DNA from: a bacterium
GTDB taxonomy: Bacteria > Patescibacteriota > Minisyncoccia > Phycocordibacterales > UBA2100
Assembly (NCBI GenBank): GCA_030674455.1
Contig: JAUSGQ010000029.1
Coordinates: forward strand, 6,625 to 70,624
Length of the DNA: 64,000 nt
Direction of reading: 5' to 3'
The translations under genes and the position numbers were made by a program. A model generated the notes under the pieces. It had not been told where the DNA came from, did no database searches, and worked only from the letters and a program-made list of their open reading frames with translations. Shown here in pieces: positions 38,986 to 48,194 of the stretch (the stretch's first letter is position 1; each line of letters begins with the position of its first letter).

Positions 38986-40434
38986 ATGGATGAAAATAAG
39001 ACTAAAGAGGTGGCATTGAAAGAGTTTTTGGAAATCCCTTATGAAAAGCTTGAGGAACTTAACCTCAAGGCAAAAGAGCGCGGCGAATCGGCTTCGCAGT
39101 CTGTTCTTGAGAAAGAATACACCGACTACCTGAAGAAAGAGAAGCGCATCAAGGCGGTTACGCTGTGCTTCACCGATATTGAGGGCCGGCTCCACATGCT
39201 CGACTACGACAAGGATTTTTTGCTCGACTCTCTTTCAAACCTCACGTTCGACGGTTCATCCATACGAGGCTTTACGCCCCAGCACGAATCGGATTTGCGC
39301 TTGGAAATCGACTGGTCAAGCATCCGATATTTGCCTTCTGATATTTTTGGTCCCGGCAAAATCATTTTCTTTGCTTCCGTTTTGAATCGCGACAGAACTC
39401 CGTACCACTCGGATTTCAGAAGCCAGCTCAAACTCTACACCAGCAAATTAAAGAAGAGCGAAGGTCTTACCGCATTTGCAGCGTGCGAGATAGAAGGTTT
39501 CGTTGTTGACGGAGTAAATGCCGAGCAGACTTACGGCGAAACCGGCGGCTTCAAATTAATTTCTTCCGGCGGGTATTATCACTCGCTTCCTATGGATAAG
39601 CTCCGCCTGTTTATTGACAGTGCGGCTGAAGCGCAGAGAGCTATGGGCTTCAAGAATGAGAAAGACCACCCAGAAGTCGCGCCTTCGCAGTTTGAAATGA
39701 ACTACTCATACGCTGAAGTCGTGCGCGCGGCCGACAACGTACAGCTGTACAAGCTCGTGTGCCGCCAAGTGGCGCGCAAATCCGGCATGACGGCGACATT
39801 CCTGCCTAAGCCAATCACGGGAATTAACGGTTCCGGCATGCACACCAACTTCTCTGTTTCCAAGAACGGAAAAAACATTTTCTTCGATGCGAAGGGTGCA
39901 GACGGCCTCTCGAAGATGGCGTGGGATTTCATCTCGAAGCTTCTCAATCACGCGCCGGATATCTGCCTCGTAATGAACTCTTCGGTCAACAGCTATCGCC
40001 GGCTAGACCCACACTTTGAAGCGCCGAACCAGATAAAAGTTTCCGCGATAGACAGAGGTTCGATGATACGCATTCCGATAGGAAATGAGAAAACGGCGCG
40101 CATCGAGATGCGCTCGGTAGCACCCGACTCCAACCCGTACCTCGTTCTTTACACGATGCTGCGCACTGGCCTCGAGGGACAGAAATTGCAGAAGGATAAA
40201 AACAAGCGCGACAGAGTGCGCGTCTTGCCCGACAACATAGGCGACGCCATCGCCGATTTCAAATCGAGCAAGTTCATCACGCAGATTTTGGGCGAAGACA
40301 GCAAAGAGAAATTCGCGGCCTTTAAGCAGGCGGCGGCAGACCGCTCGCCGAAAGCTTTGGGCGGTAAGGTAAAGGAGTCTGAAGTCATCTATCATCACGA
40401 AGTGACGAACCAACTCCTATGGAACAACTTCTAG
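38986..40434 (+). CDS. glnA: Glutamine synthetase (type I-like catalytic domain with an N-terminal ~70-aa extension)
   Basis: 'FDGSSIRGF', 'NGSGMHTNFS', 'DRGSMIRIP' GS motifs. Confidence 0.85.
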   Translation: MDENKTKEVALKEFLEIPYEKLEELNLKAKERGESASQSVLEKEYTDYLKKEKRIKAVTLCFTDIEGRLHMLDYDKDFLLDSLSNLTFDGSSIRGFTPQHESDLRLEIDWSSIRYLPSDIFGPGKIIFFASVLNRDRTPYHSDFRSQLKLYTSKLKKSEGLTAFAACEIEGFVVDGVNAEQTYGETGGFKLISSGGYYHSLPMDKLRLFIDSAAEAQRAMGFKNEKDHPEVAPSQFEMNYSYAEVVRAADNVQLYKLVCRQVARKSGMTATFLPKPITGINGSGMHTNFSVSKNGKNIFFDAKGADGLSKMAWDFISKLLNHAPDICLVMNSSVNSYRRLDPHFEAPNQIKVSAIDRGSMIRIPIGNEKTARIEMRSVAPDSNPYLVLYTMLRTGLEGQKLQKDKNKRDRVRVLPDNIGDAIADFKSSKFITQILGEDSKEKFAAFKQAAADRSPKALGGKVKESEVIYHHEVTNQLLWNNF

Positions 40435-41783
40435 CGCGCGAGAAGAACGGCAGGATAGTAAAAGCGTCCTTTTGGCTACTTATTTTGGGCGCGATAGTCG
40501 GATTAGGAAGCATATTCTTCGCTGGAGCGTCCGCAGGCGTGTTTGATTCAAGCTCTATAGATACGGGCGACACGGCGTGGATGCTCGTCTCGGCCGCGTT
40601 CGTCATGCTCATGACGCCCGCTGTCGGATTTTTCTACGGTGGAATGGTCTCCTCGAAAAATGTCGTCTCTGTCTTAAAACAATCGCTCGTCATTTTTTCT
40701 CTTGTAACTGTCCAATGGGCGGTCATCGGCTATAGCTTGGCGTTTGCGCCGGATGTCGGCGGCATTATCGGCAATTTGGATTTCTTTGGTTTGCGCGGCG
40801 TGGGATTTGCGCCCGACCCGAATTATGCCGCGACAATTCCCGCGCTTGTGTTTATGGTGTACCAGTCGATGTTCGCCACGATTACCCCCGTACTTATTAT
40901 CGGTGCATTTGTGGAACGAATTAAATTCAAGACGCTTGTAGTATTCACTCTGCTCTGGGCGACTCTCGTGTATGACCCGATAGCGCACTGGGTGTGGTCG
41001 CCGGATGGATGGCTGCGCGCTCTCGGGGCGCTCGATTTTGCCGGAGGAACGGTGGTTCACATGAGCGCGGGCTTCTCGGCGCTCGCCGCGGCGCTCCTTG
41101 TCGGCAGGCGGCTCAAGCAATCTAACATCGGCGAGAATGCGAACAACATCCCGTTCGTTATTTTGGGCGCGGTTCTGCTGTGGTTCGGCTGGTTCGGCTT
41201 TAACGCCGGCTCGGCTCTCACGGCCGGAGCGCTCGCGGCGAGCGCATTCGTCGCTACTAATATCGCCGCCGCTGTCGCGGCGCTCACATGGGCGACTCTC
41301 TCATGGGCGGAAAACAAGAAACCCTCGGCCATGTCGGCCGCCACGGGCGCCGTTTGCGGTTTCGTCGCAATCACACCCGCTTCAGGATTTGTCGGCCCCA
41401 TCGCTGCTATCGCTATTGGAATCATCGGCGGAGTCGTAACCTACGGGGCGGTGTGGCTGCGAACCAAGAAAACAAAAATAGACGACACGCTCGATGTGTG
41501 GGCGGCGCACGGAATAGGAGGATTGACGGGCGCGGTACTCACCGGATTTTTTGCGGAGAAAGTTATCAACTCTGCGGGCAACAACGGACTCTTGTTCGGC
41601 AATCCCAATCAGCTTCTTGTGCAAGTCATAGCGGTTGCCGCTGTCGGAGTCTATTCTTTTGCTGCGACGTGGCTGATATTGAAACTGCTCACATTCTTTA
41701 AGATGCCACTCCGAGTCAGTGAAGCCGAAGAAGTCCAAGGGCTAGACATGGCGGTGCATGGAGAAGCTGGTTACAGGTTATAG
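40419..41783 (+). CDS. amt: Ammonium transporter (Amt family)
   Basis: 'DTAWMLVSAAFVMLMTPAVGFFYGGMV', 11-TM profile. Overlaps glnA by 16 nt. Confidence 0.9.
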   Translation: MEQLLAREKNGRIVKASFWLLILGAIVGLGSIFFAGASAGVFDSSSIDTGDTAWMLVSAAFVMLMTPAVGFFYGGMVSSKNVVSVLKQSLVIFSLVTVQWAVIGYSLAFAPDVGGIIGNLDFFGLRGVGFAPDPNYAATIPALVFMVYQSMFATITPVLIIGAFVERIKFKTLVVFTLLWATLVYDPIAHWVWSPDGWLRALGALDFAGGTVVHMSAGFSALAAALLVGRRLKQSNIGENANNIPFVILGAVLLWFGWFGFNAGSALTAGALAASAFVATNIAAAVAALTWATLSWAENKKPSAMSAATGAVCGFVAITPASGFVGPIAAIAIGIIGGVVTYGAVWLRTKKTKIDDTLDVWAAHGIGGLTGAVLTGFFAEKVINSAGNNGLLFGNPNQLLVQVIAVAAVGVYSFAATWLILKLLTFFKMPLRVSEAEEVQGLDMAVHGEAGYRL

Positions 41784-41864
41784 GTGTTAGGATATAGCTT
41801 AATAGTGCGAGTTCGTGAGATTCATGAGGTTAAACCTCATCGATTTAAGAGTTTAATATAAAAG

Positions 41865-41899
41865 AAAGCGCCCGACGACTGAAAGCCGTCGGGCGCTTT
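41865..41899. terminator. Bidirectional terminator hairpin (aaagcgcccgacg-actgaaagc-cgtcgggcgcttt)
   Basis: Seen in sequence between convergent genes. Confidence 0.75.
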
Positions 41900-41916
41900 C
41901 CTGTCGTTGGGCGCTA

Positions 41917-42132
41917 CTAGATGCCAGTCTTCAGCGACAGCGCTGGGGCGCCAGCCAGAATTTGCTCGAGCTCTTCCATGGAGCCTTGGAAATCAGTCAA
42001 TTTGGCGAACATGACAAACTGTTCGCCGTCTTGCCTTCCCCACGATTCTAGGAGAGAGCACCCATGTCTTTCGAGCGTTCCCAACGCCTCGAACGCCGAA
42101 GCGGCGTTCGAGGTTTTTACCTGGATATCCAT
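41917..42132 (-). CDS. Small hypothetical protein (about 71 aa from MDIQVKTS...)
   Basis: ORF only. Confidence 0.3.
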   Translation of the reverse strand: MDIQVKTSNAASAFEALGTLERHGCSLLESWGRQDGEQFVMFAKLTDFQGSMEELEQILAGAPALSLKTGI

Positions 42133-42339
42133 AAAGACCTTTCTCCCCCGCGAGGGGACTATAAAGAAAAAAACAAGAACCCAAGTTGCATTGGCACTAT
42201 CGCAAATCACAGAGAGAGAGAGTCAATTGTAAGAGCCAGTAGCTGGTAGCCAGTAGCTTGTAGCCGGAAGAGTCAACACCCTGAGAATTTCTCCGCAGAT
42301 TTAAACTGCGTAGTAGGGTATTGCCTCGAAAGAAAATAC

Positions 42340-42878
42340 TCACACTTGCCGTTTATTAATGAAATCGATCAGGGACTCGCTAAAGCTCCTAGCAATTTCT
42401 TCCCGCGTCGGGTGTATTTCCAGAATTGATGCGTCCGGAGGTTCTGCAATGGACTTCGATTCGAGGTAAGGCATCCATTTAGTGAAGTGCGTACGGCCGC
42501 CATTTTTTACATTTACAAATGCGGTAATTCCGATACTTGATAATTTCTCGGCCCGAAATGGACTCGCTCCTTTTTCAGGCTGGATACATGCGAACTGTAC
42601 CCTGAAATTCTCAACATGCGGCTGCAGTTCGCCGAGATTCTCAAAAACTTCTTTGCAGGCGCTACCTATCTCATTTTTGAAGTCGCTAGTAACGAGTTTT
42701 GAGTCTGATGAAAGTCTAAAATCCACCAACTCTTTAGTGATTTTCTCTTGGGTAGGAAACTTGCCGAAGAAGCGCATACGCCAATTAAACATCATCACAT
42801 AACGATGCACAATCAGTGCGCTGGGATTTGCACATCTGTGTCTGTCGGATAAGCCATCCATACAGTACAATCTGCTCA
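42340..42878 (-). CDS. Hypothetical protein (start MSRLYCMDG). Divergent from the dehydrogenase gene, with back-to-back start codons
   Basis: ORF. The longer track ORF (to 43020) would overlap the divergent gene. Confidence 0.4.
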
Positions 42879-43879
42879 TGAAGATACTGGTTTTTAGTGT
42901 TGATGAGGAGGTTCGCTCGATTCTTGGGCCAGCGCTTACGGAACACACGGTTGTATATATTGATGACATAGTTTCCGCCAAAGCTCTCGCTGAACATTCT
43001 GATGCCGATGCGGTTTCCATATTTACGACTTCCGAATTTAAGAAAGCTCAAATAGATGCTCTGCCGAAACTGAAATGCATTTCCACGCGGTCGACAGGGG
43101 TCGACCACATTGATGTTGCGTACGCTAAGGAAAAGGGAATTACTGTGTGCAATGTGCCGAGGTACGGAGCAGTAACCGTCGCGGAATTTACCTTCGCGCT
43201 GATGCTTACGCTTTCCCGCAGGATTTTTGAGGCATTTCATCAGGTGCGCGAAGAGGGAAGTTTCAAGACAGCTTCTCTTGAAGGCTTCAATCTTTTCGGG
43301 AAGACATTGGGTGTTGTCGGCACCGGCAGCATAGGGCGCAATGTCGTCAGAATTGCGAAAGGTTTTGGACTGAACGTTCTCATGTTCGACCCTCGACAGG
43401 ATAAATCTCTTGAAAGCGAGCAGTCGAAATACGTTTCGTTTGATGAACTGCTCGCGGGTTCCGACATCGTGACACTCCATGTTCCATACACGAAAGAAAA
43501 TCACTATCTACTGAACAAAGAAGCATTTGCAAAAATCAAACGCGGCGCATTCGTCATCAATACAGCGCGCGGAGAGCTGATTGACACGGAAGCGCTCTTG
43601 GACGCGCTCAAGAGCGGACAGGTTGCTGGAGCGGGATTGGACGTCTTGGAGGAAGAGCGGGTTCTCAAGGATGAAATCGAATTGGTGAAGGGAATAGAAT
43701 CAATGAATGAATTGAAAATCCTCATTCGCGACCACGCGCTCATTGATATGCCGCGCGTCGTCATTACGCCGCACATCGCGTTCTTTTCGCGCGAGGCGTA
43801 TCACGAAATTTTGGAAGTAACGGCATCGAACATCACGAGTTTTGCGGCAGGCAAGGCGACGAACGTTGTTACGTCATGA
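42878..43879 (+). CDS. D-isomer-specific 2-hydroxyacid dehydrogenase (glycerate/hydroxypyruvate or lactate dehydrogenase family)
   Basis: NAD-binding 'LGVVGTGSIGRNV', catalytic-domain layout. Confidence 0.8.
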   Translation: MKILVFSVDEEVRSILGPALTEHTVVYIDDIVSAKALAEHSDADAVSIFTTSEFKKAQIDALPKLKCISTRSTGVDHIDVAYAKEKGITVCNVPRYGAVTVAEFTFALMLTLSRRIFEAFHQVREEGSFKTASLEGFNLFGKTLGVVGTGSIGRNVVRIAKGFGLNVLMFDPRQDKSLESEQSKYVSFDELLAGSDIVTLHVPYTKENHYLLNKEAFAKIKRGAFVINTARGELIDTEALLDALKSGQVAGAGLDVLEEERVLKDEIELVKGIESMNELKILIRDHALIDMPRVVITPHIAFFSREAYHEILEVTASNITSFAAGKATNVVTS

Positions 43880-43944
43880 ACGAACCCAAGGAGAGACCTT
43901 AAAGAATCACTCCCAAGGTCTCACCTTGGGTACAACTCATTATT

Positions 43945-45204
43945 ATGAAAAAGTGGATTACAAACAGCGACGCATTGAGTACAAGCGAGCTTAGGAAGGA
44001 CGCGCTTTCCATCGCGGAGGCCGCTTACAATGCGATTGATACGGATGCAGTTATACGTTCGCGTCTCGTGCTCACGGGCTCGGAGCTTACGGTAGGGGGG
44101 AAGACGTATGACCTCAATACATTCTCTAAAATAAAAATACTCGGATTCGGCAAGGCATCGTGCAAAGCAGTCCAGACCCTTGAGTCGCTGCTGAAGGAGC
44201 GCATATCTCAGGGTGTGGCAATAGATATGCATGCCGGCGTCTGCGACATTGTCGACGTAGAGAAGGGCACGCACCCGAGACCATCGCCGGAAAATGTCGC
44301 AGCCACCGAGAAAATCGTGAACATGGCGAAAGAAAAATCCGACAATGAACTTTACATTGTCGCTGTCTCCGGCGGAGGTTCATCGCTCCTCTGCTGGCCA
44401 ATCGGCGAGAGTGAGCAGGGTGCGCGGCTGTACGACGACTTCAGGAGAGTGGGCGGTACCATTGAGGAAATTAATACCGTTCGCAAACACATTTCAGGCG
44501 TCAAAGGCGGAGGGCTCGCCGGCATGCTTTATCCTGCAACGGTTATCGGGCTCGTATTTTGCGACGTTCCCGGAGACCATTTTGAAGAGGTCGCATCTGG
44601 CCCGACGTACTATGACGCAAGCACCGTTGCAGACGCGCAAACGGTGCTCGACCGCTATGGATTGAGCGGTTATACGCTGAACGAAACGCCGAAGGATAAA
44701 AAGTTGTTTGAGAGGGTGAACAATGTGCCGGTTATTTCCAACACAGTCCCGCTTGACGCCATGGCGGCAGAGGCACATCGCCTCGGGTACAAACCGGTCA
44801 ATGTCGGCAAATCTCTCTATGAACATCCGGCAGAATTGCTGAAGAGAATGTATAACGAGCTAGGAGAGAATACTGCTGTTATCGCCGGAGGTGAGCCGAG
44901 TTTCGCAATAGACCGCCCGGGAAAAGGCGGGCGATGCCAATATGTAGCGGTACAAGCGCTGAAAAATATAAAAGAAGGAGAACTATTGCTTGCCTTTGCT
45001 TCGGACGGGAGGGATAATTCCGACGCGGCTGGCGCGATAGCAGATTCGCAAACGCTTACGAAAGCTAAAGCAAAGAATCTATCTATTGACGATGCAATCG
45101 AAAGCTTGAACACCTACGATTTTTTGGAGGCCACCGGCGACATGCTGTATACTGGGGCTACTGACGCGAATGTTTCAGATTTATTCTTGTTGATGAAGAA
45201 GTAA
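43945..45204 (+). CDS. Glycerate kinase (MOFRL / glycerate 2-kinase family)
   Basis: 'ILGFGKAS', 'AVSGGGSSLL', C-terminal MOFRL-like region. Confidence 0.7.
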   Translation: MKKWITNSDALSTSELRKDALSIAEAAYNAIDTDAVIRSRLVLTGSELTVGGKTYDLNTFSKIKILGFGKASCKAVQTLESLLKERISQGVAIDMHAGVCDIVDVEKGTHPRPSPENVAATEKIVNMAKEKSDNELYIVAVSGGGSSLLCWPIGESEQGARLYDDFRRVGGTIEEINTVRKHISGVKGGGLAGMLYPATVIGLVFCDVPGDHFEEVASGPTYYDASTVADAQTVLDRYGLSGYTLNETPKDKKLFERVNNVPVISNTVPLDAMAAEAHRLGYKPVNVGKSLYEHPAELLKRMYNELGENTAVIAGGEPSFAIDRPGKGGRCQYVAVQALKNIKEGELLLAFASDGRDNSDAAGAIADSQTLTKAKAKNLSIDDAIESLNTYDFLEATGDMLYTGATDANVSDLFLLMKK

Positions 45205-45280
45205 TGTTTAACAAATCTTTACCGCATCAGTTCCCGAGGAGACACCTTGCAGAGCCAAGGAGTCACCTCGGGAACCAGCA

Positions 45281-46507
45281 ATGAGTTCTATGCAGAAAAT
45301 TACAGACATAATCGCGCGGGAGGCGGCAGATTCGCGCGGACGTCCCACTCTTTCTGTAACGGTAGTAGCGGGAGAAGGCACCGGTACATTTGACGTACCG
45401 TCCGGCGCATCAACCGGCTCGCTTGAGGCGTGCGAACTGCGCGATGTGGGCGGCGGCGTGTCGCGCGCCATAGACAATGTGAATTCGCTTATCAAACGCG
45501 AGATTGTCGGAATGGATTTACACGACCAATCGAAAATCGATGCGAAAATTATCGCGCTCGACGGCACAGTCAATAAATCGAAACTTGGAGGCAATGCCAC
45601 GATAGGCGTTTCGATTGCCCTGGCCAAAGCGGCGGCGAAGGCGGAAAACATCGAGCCGTTCGAGTATTTGCGCCAGCTGGCAAGCATTAAACCTTCCCGA
45701 AAAGTTCCCTATCTATATTTGAATTACATCAATGGCGGAAAACATGCGAAATCGCCCATAGCGTTTCAGGAACACATGCTTGTGCCTGATACTGAATCAG
45801 TTACGGAAGCGCTTGAGATGGCAAAAATCCTTGAGAAATCTTTGTACGAAATTGTTGCTAAAAAATACGGTGCGGAAGTTGCCGCAGAAGTGGGCGACGA
45901 GGGCGGCTATGTGCTACCGAATGGCACATACGAGACACCGTTTGAATTATCAGAGCAGGCGATCAATGAATCCGGTTTTGGCGGCAAATGCTTTATCGCG
46001 GCGGACATCGCGGCATCTTCTTTTTTCGAGAACGGTTCATACGTCATGCAGGGCAAGTCATACTCCGCCGATGAATTACGGGAAATATATGTATCGCTCA
46101 CGAAGAAGTTTCCCATTCTTTCTATTGAAGACCCGTTCTTTGAGGAATCGTTCGAAGATTTTGCAAAACTGCAAAAGCAAACGGATGTACGGATTGTCGG
46201 CGACGACCTGACGGTGACTAACAAGAGCTTGCTCACGCGCGCAATTGGCATGGGCAGTATCCGCTCGGTAATAATCAAGCCGAATCAGATAGGGACTCTT
46301 TCGGAAACGCTCGATACCATGCACGAGGCTCGCTTGCGCGATGTGGACTGTATTGTGAGCCACCGCAGCGGCGAGACCAACGACGACTTTATCGCGGACC
46401 TCGCGTTTGCGTTCGGCTGTTTCGGTTTAAAGACCGGCTCACTGCGTAAACCTGAACGCGTAATCAAATACAAACGATTAGAGAAGATCAGTTTGATGGG
46501 GGAGTAA
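45281..46507 (+). CDS. eno: Enolase
   Basis: 'ARE..DSRGRPT..V', 'SHRSGETND' enolase signatures. Confidence 0.85.
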   Translation: MSSMQKITDIIAREAADSRGRPTLSVTVVAGEGTGTFDVPSGASTGSLEACELRDVGGGVSRAIDNVNSLIKREIVGMDLHDQSKIDAKIIALDGTVNKSKLGGNATIGVSIALAKAAAKAENIEPFEYLRQLASIKPSRKVPYLYLNYINGGKHAKSPIAFQEHMLVPDTESVTEALEMAKILEKSLYEIVAKKYGAEVAAEVGDEGGYVLPNGTYETPFELSEQAINESGFGGKCFIAADIAASSFFENGSYVMQGKSYSADELREIYVSLTKKFPILSIEDPFFEESFEDFAKLQKQTDVRIVGDDLTVTNKSLLTRAIGMGSIRSVIIKPNQIGTLSETLDTMHEARLRDVDCIVSHRSGETNDDFIADLAFAFGCFGLKTGSLRKPERVIKYKRLEKISLMGE

Positions 46508-46512
46508 ATAGT

Positions 46513-47316
46513 ATGGGCAGGCAATCCCGTTCGCAAATAGTAGTAACCGTCGGACCTGCAAGCACCGATGTCTCTACAATTCTGCGGATGATAGCCGGAG
46601 GAATGGATGTCGCGCGGATTAATTTTTCTCACGGCACGCATGAATCCAACGGAGGACACATACAGAATATTCGCGAGGCGGCGAAAAAGGCGGGTAAGAC
46701 AATTCCGATAATCCAAGACTTGGCCGGTCCGCGGATGAAGACGGACGTTGGACACGCATTTAATTCGAAAGAAACTGAAATAGTCACGCAGAAGGACATT
46801 TCGGACCTTGATTTTGGCATCAAGGAAGGCGTCGAATACATAGCGCAATCATACGTTGGCACGGCAGAGGATATTCGCACCTTGCGAAGAGCGATACAAG
46901 AGCGTGGAGCAAAGATTCACATCGTCGCGAAAATCGAGCGGAGGGAAGCTGTGGAGAATTTTGATGCAATTTTAGAGGAGGCTGATGCGATTATGGTCGC
47001 TCGAGGTGATTTGGGATTAAATGTGCCGATAGAGGAGATTCCATTTCTGGAAAAAGAAATGGTGGGGAAAGCAAAGAAAGCAGGGAAGCCCGTCATCGTT
47101 GCGACGGAAATGATGTACTCGATGGTGGAGAGCAATCGGCCGACGCGAGCCGAGGTAACGGACATTGCCTACGCGATTCTCATCGGTTCCGACGCCGTTA
47201 TGCTCTCCGATGAAACGGCGCGGGGTAAACATCCGGTTGAGGCAGTGGAAATAATGGAGAAAATTGTGTCGCGCTCTGAAGTTACCGCTAAAACCGGAAG
47301 CATCAATTCACTGTGA
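46513..47316 (+). CDS. pyk: Pyruvate kinase, minimal form (267 aa; A-domain barrel only, no B or C-terminal domains)
   Basis: 'IVVTVGPAS...MDVARINFSHG', 'IVAKIERREAVEN', 'MVARGDLG' PK motifs. Stop codon is 2 nt before the RAYT hairpin. Confidence 0.75.
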   Translation: MGRQSRSQIVVTVGPASTDVSTILRMIAGGMDVARINFSHGTHESNGGHIQNIREAAKKAGKTIPIIQDLAGPRMKTDVGHAFNSKETEIVTQKDISDLDFGIKEGVEYIAQSYVGTAEDIRTLRRAIQERGAKIHIVAKIERREAVENFDAILEEADAIMVARGDLGLNVPIEEIPFLEKEMVGKAKKAGKPVIVATEMMYSMVESNRPTRAEVTDIAYAILIGSDAVMLSDETARGKHPVEAVEIMEKIVSRSEVTAKTGSINSL

Positions 47317-47317
47317 G

Positions 47318-47336
47318 ATTGAGATGACATCTCAAT
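47318..47336. repeat. 19-nt perfect hairpin attgagatg-a-catctcaat, 5' flank of the RAYT gene
   Basis: Identical copy at 48055-48073. Confidence 0.9.
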
Positions 47337-47367
47337 GGTTTTGCGAGTCTATGATAGACTTTTAGCC

Positions 47368-48042
47368 ATGACTCGTCGTCATGAATTTTCTGTCGATGAA
47401 TGGTATCACTGCTTCAATCGCGGAGTTGATAAGCGGATTGTGTTTGAGAACGAACAGGATGCCTCTCGTTTTCTCATCATCCTATACCTTGCAAACGGAA
47501 CCGAGCCAATGCAAATCTTTAACACGGACAAGCCAACGTTTGCCAAAGCCCTTGAGGAATATCGCGGCAAACCTATCGTTTCGCTTGGCGCATACTGCTT
47601 GATGCCAAATCACTTTCATTTACTTCTCAAGGAGATAATAGAAGGTGGTATAAGCGAATTTATGAGAAAACTCGGGATAGCATACACGATGTATTTTAAT
47701 GCAAAAAATCAGCGTGTTGGGAATCTATTTATTAGGCCGTTCCGGTCGCGTCATGTACGCGATGACAGTTATTTCCAAAGAGTTCTGCAATATATACATT
47801 GCAATCCTGCTGAATTGTATGAACCAGGTTGGAAATTGGGTAAAGTTAAAGACGTCCGGTTATTGGAGAAAAAACTTATCGAATATCCATACTCCAGCCT
47901 TCAAAGTTATGCAAAAGCGGGGGCATCAAACCCGATTCTTTCAGGTGAAGGACTTGAGATTGCGGATCAGTTACCGCTATCACAAATGCTCGACGAAGCA
48001 CAGGCCTATTATTCTGATGTTGCAGGGAGTCTTTTGCGGTAA
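47368..48042 (+). mobile_element. IS200/IS605-type Y1 transposase (RAYT-like); paralog of 9033..9740
   Basis: 'FSVDEWYHCFNRG...LMPNHFHLLLKEI...YIHCNPAE'. Confidence 0.8.
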
Positions 48043-48054
48043 ATTGCAAAATCC

Positions 48055-48073
48055 ATTGAGATGACATCTCAAT
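48055..48073. repeat. Second copy of the 19-nt hairpin, 3' flank of the RAYT gene
   Basis: Seen in sequence. Confidence 0.9.
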
Positions 48074-48194
48074 ATTCGTCTCGTACAAACACTTGCGTTG
48101 TTTGAGGACATGTGGTATATCTACGGCCGGAGATGGCATAGATTTAGCCATTTTGAGCCGTTATTAAGCCATATTTTAATCAATTTATAAACAT

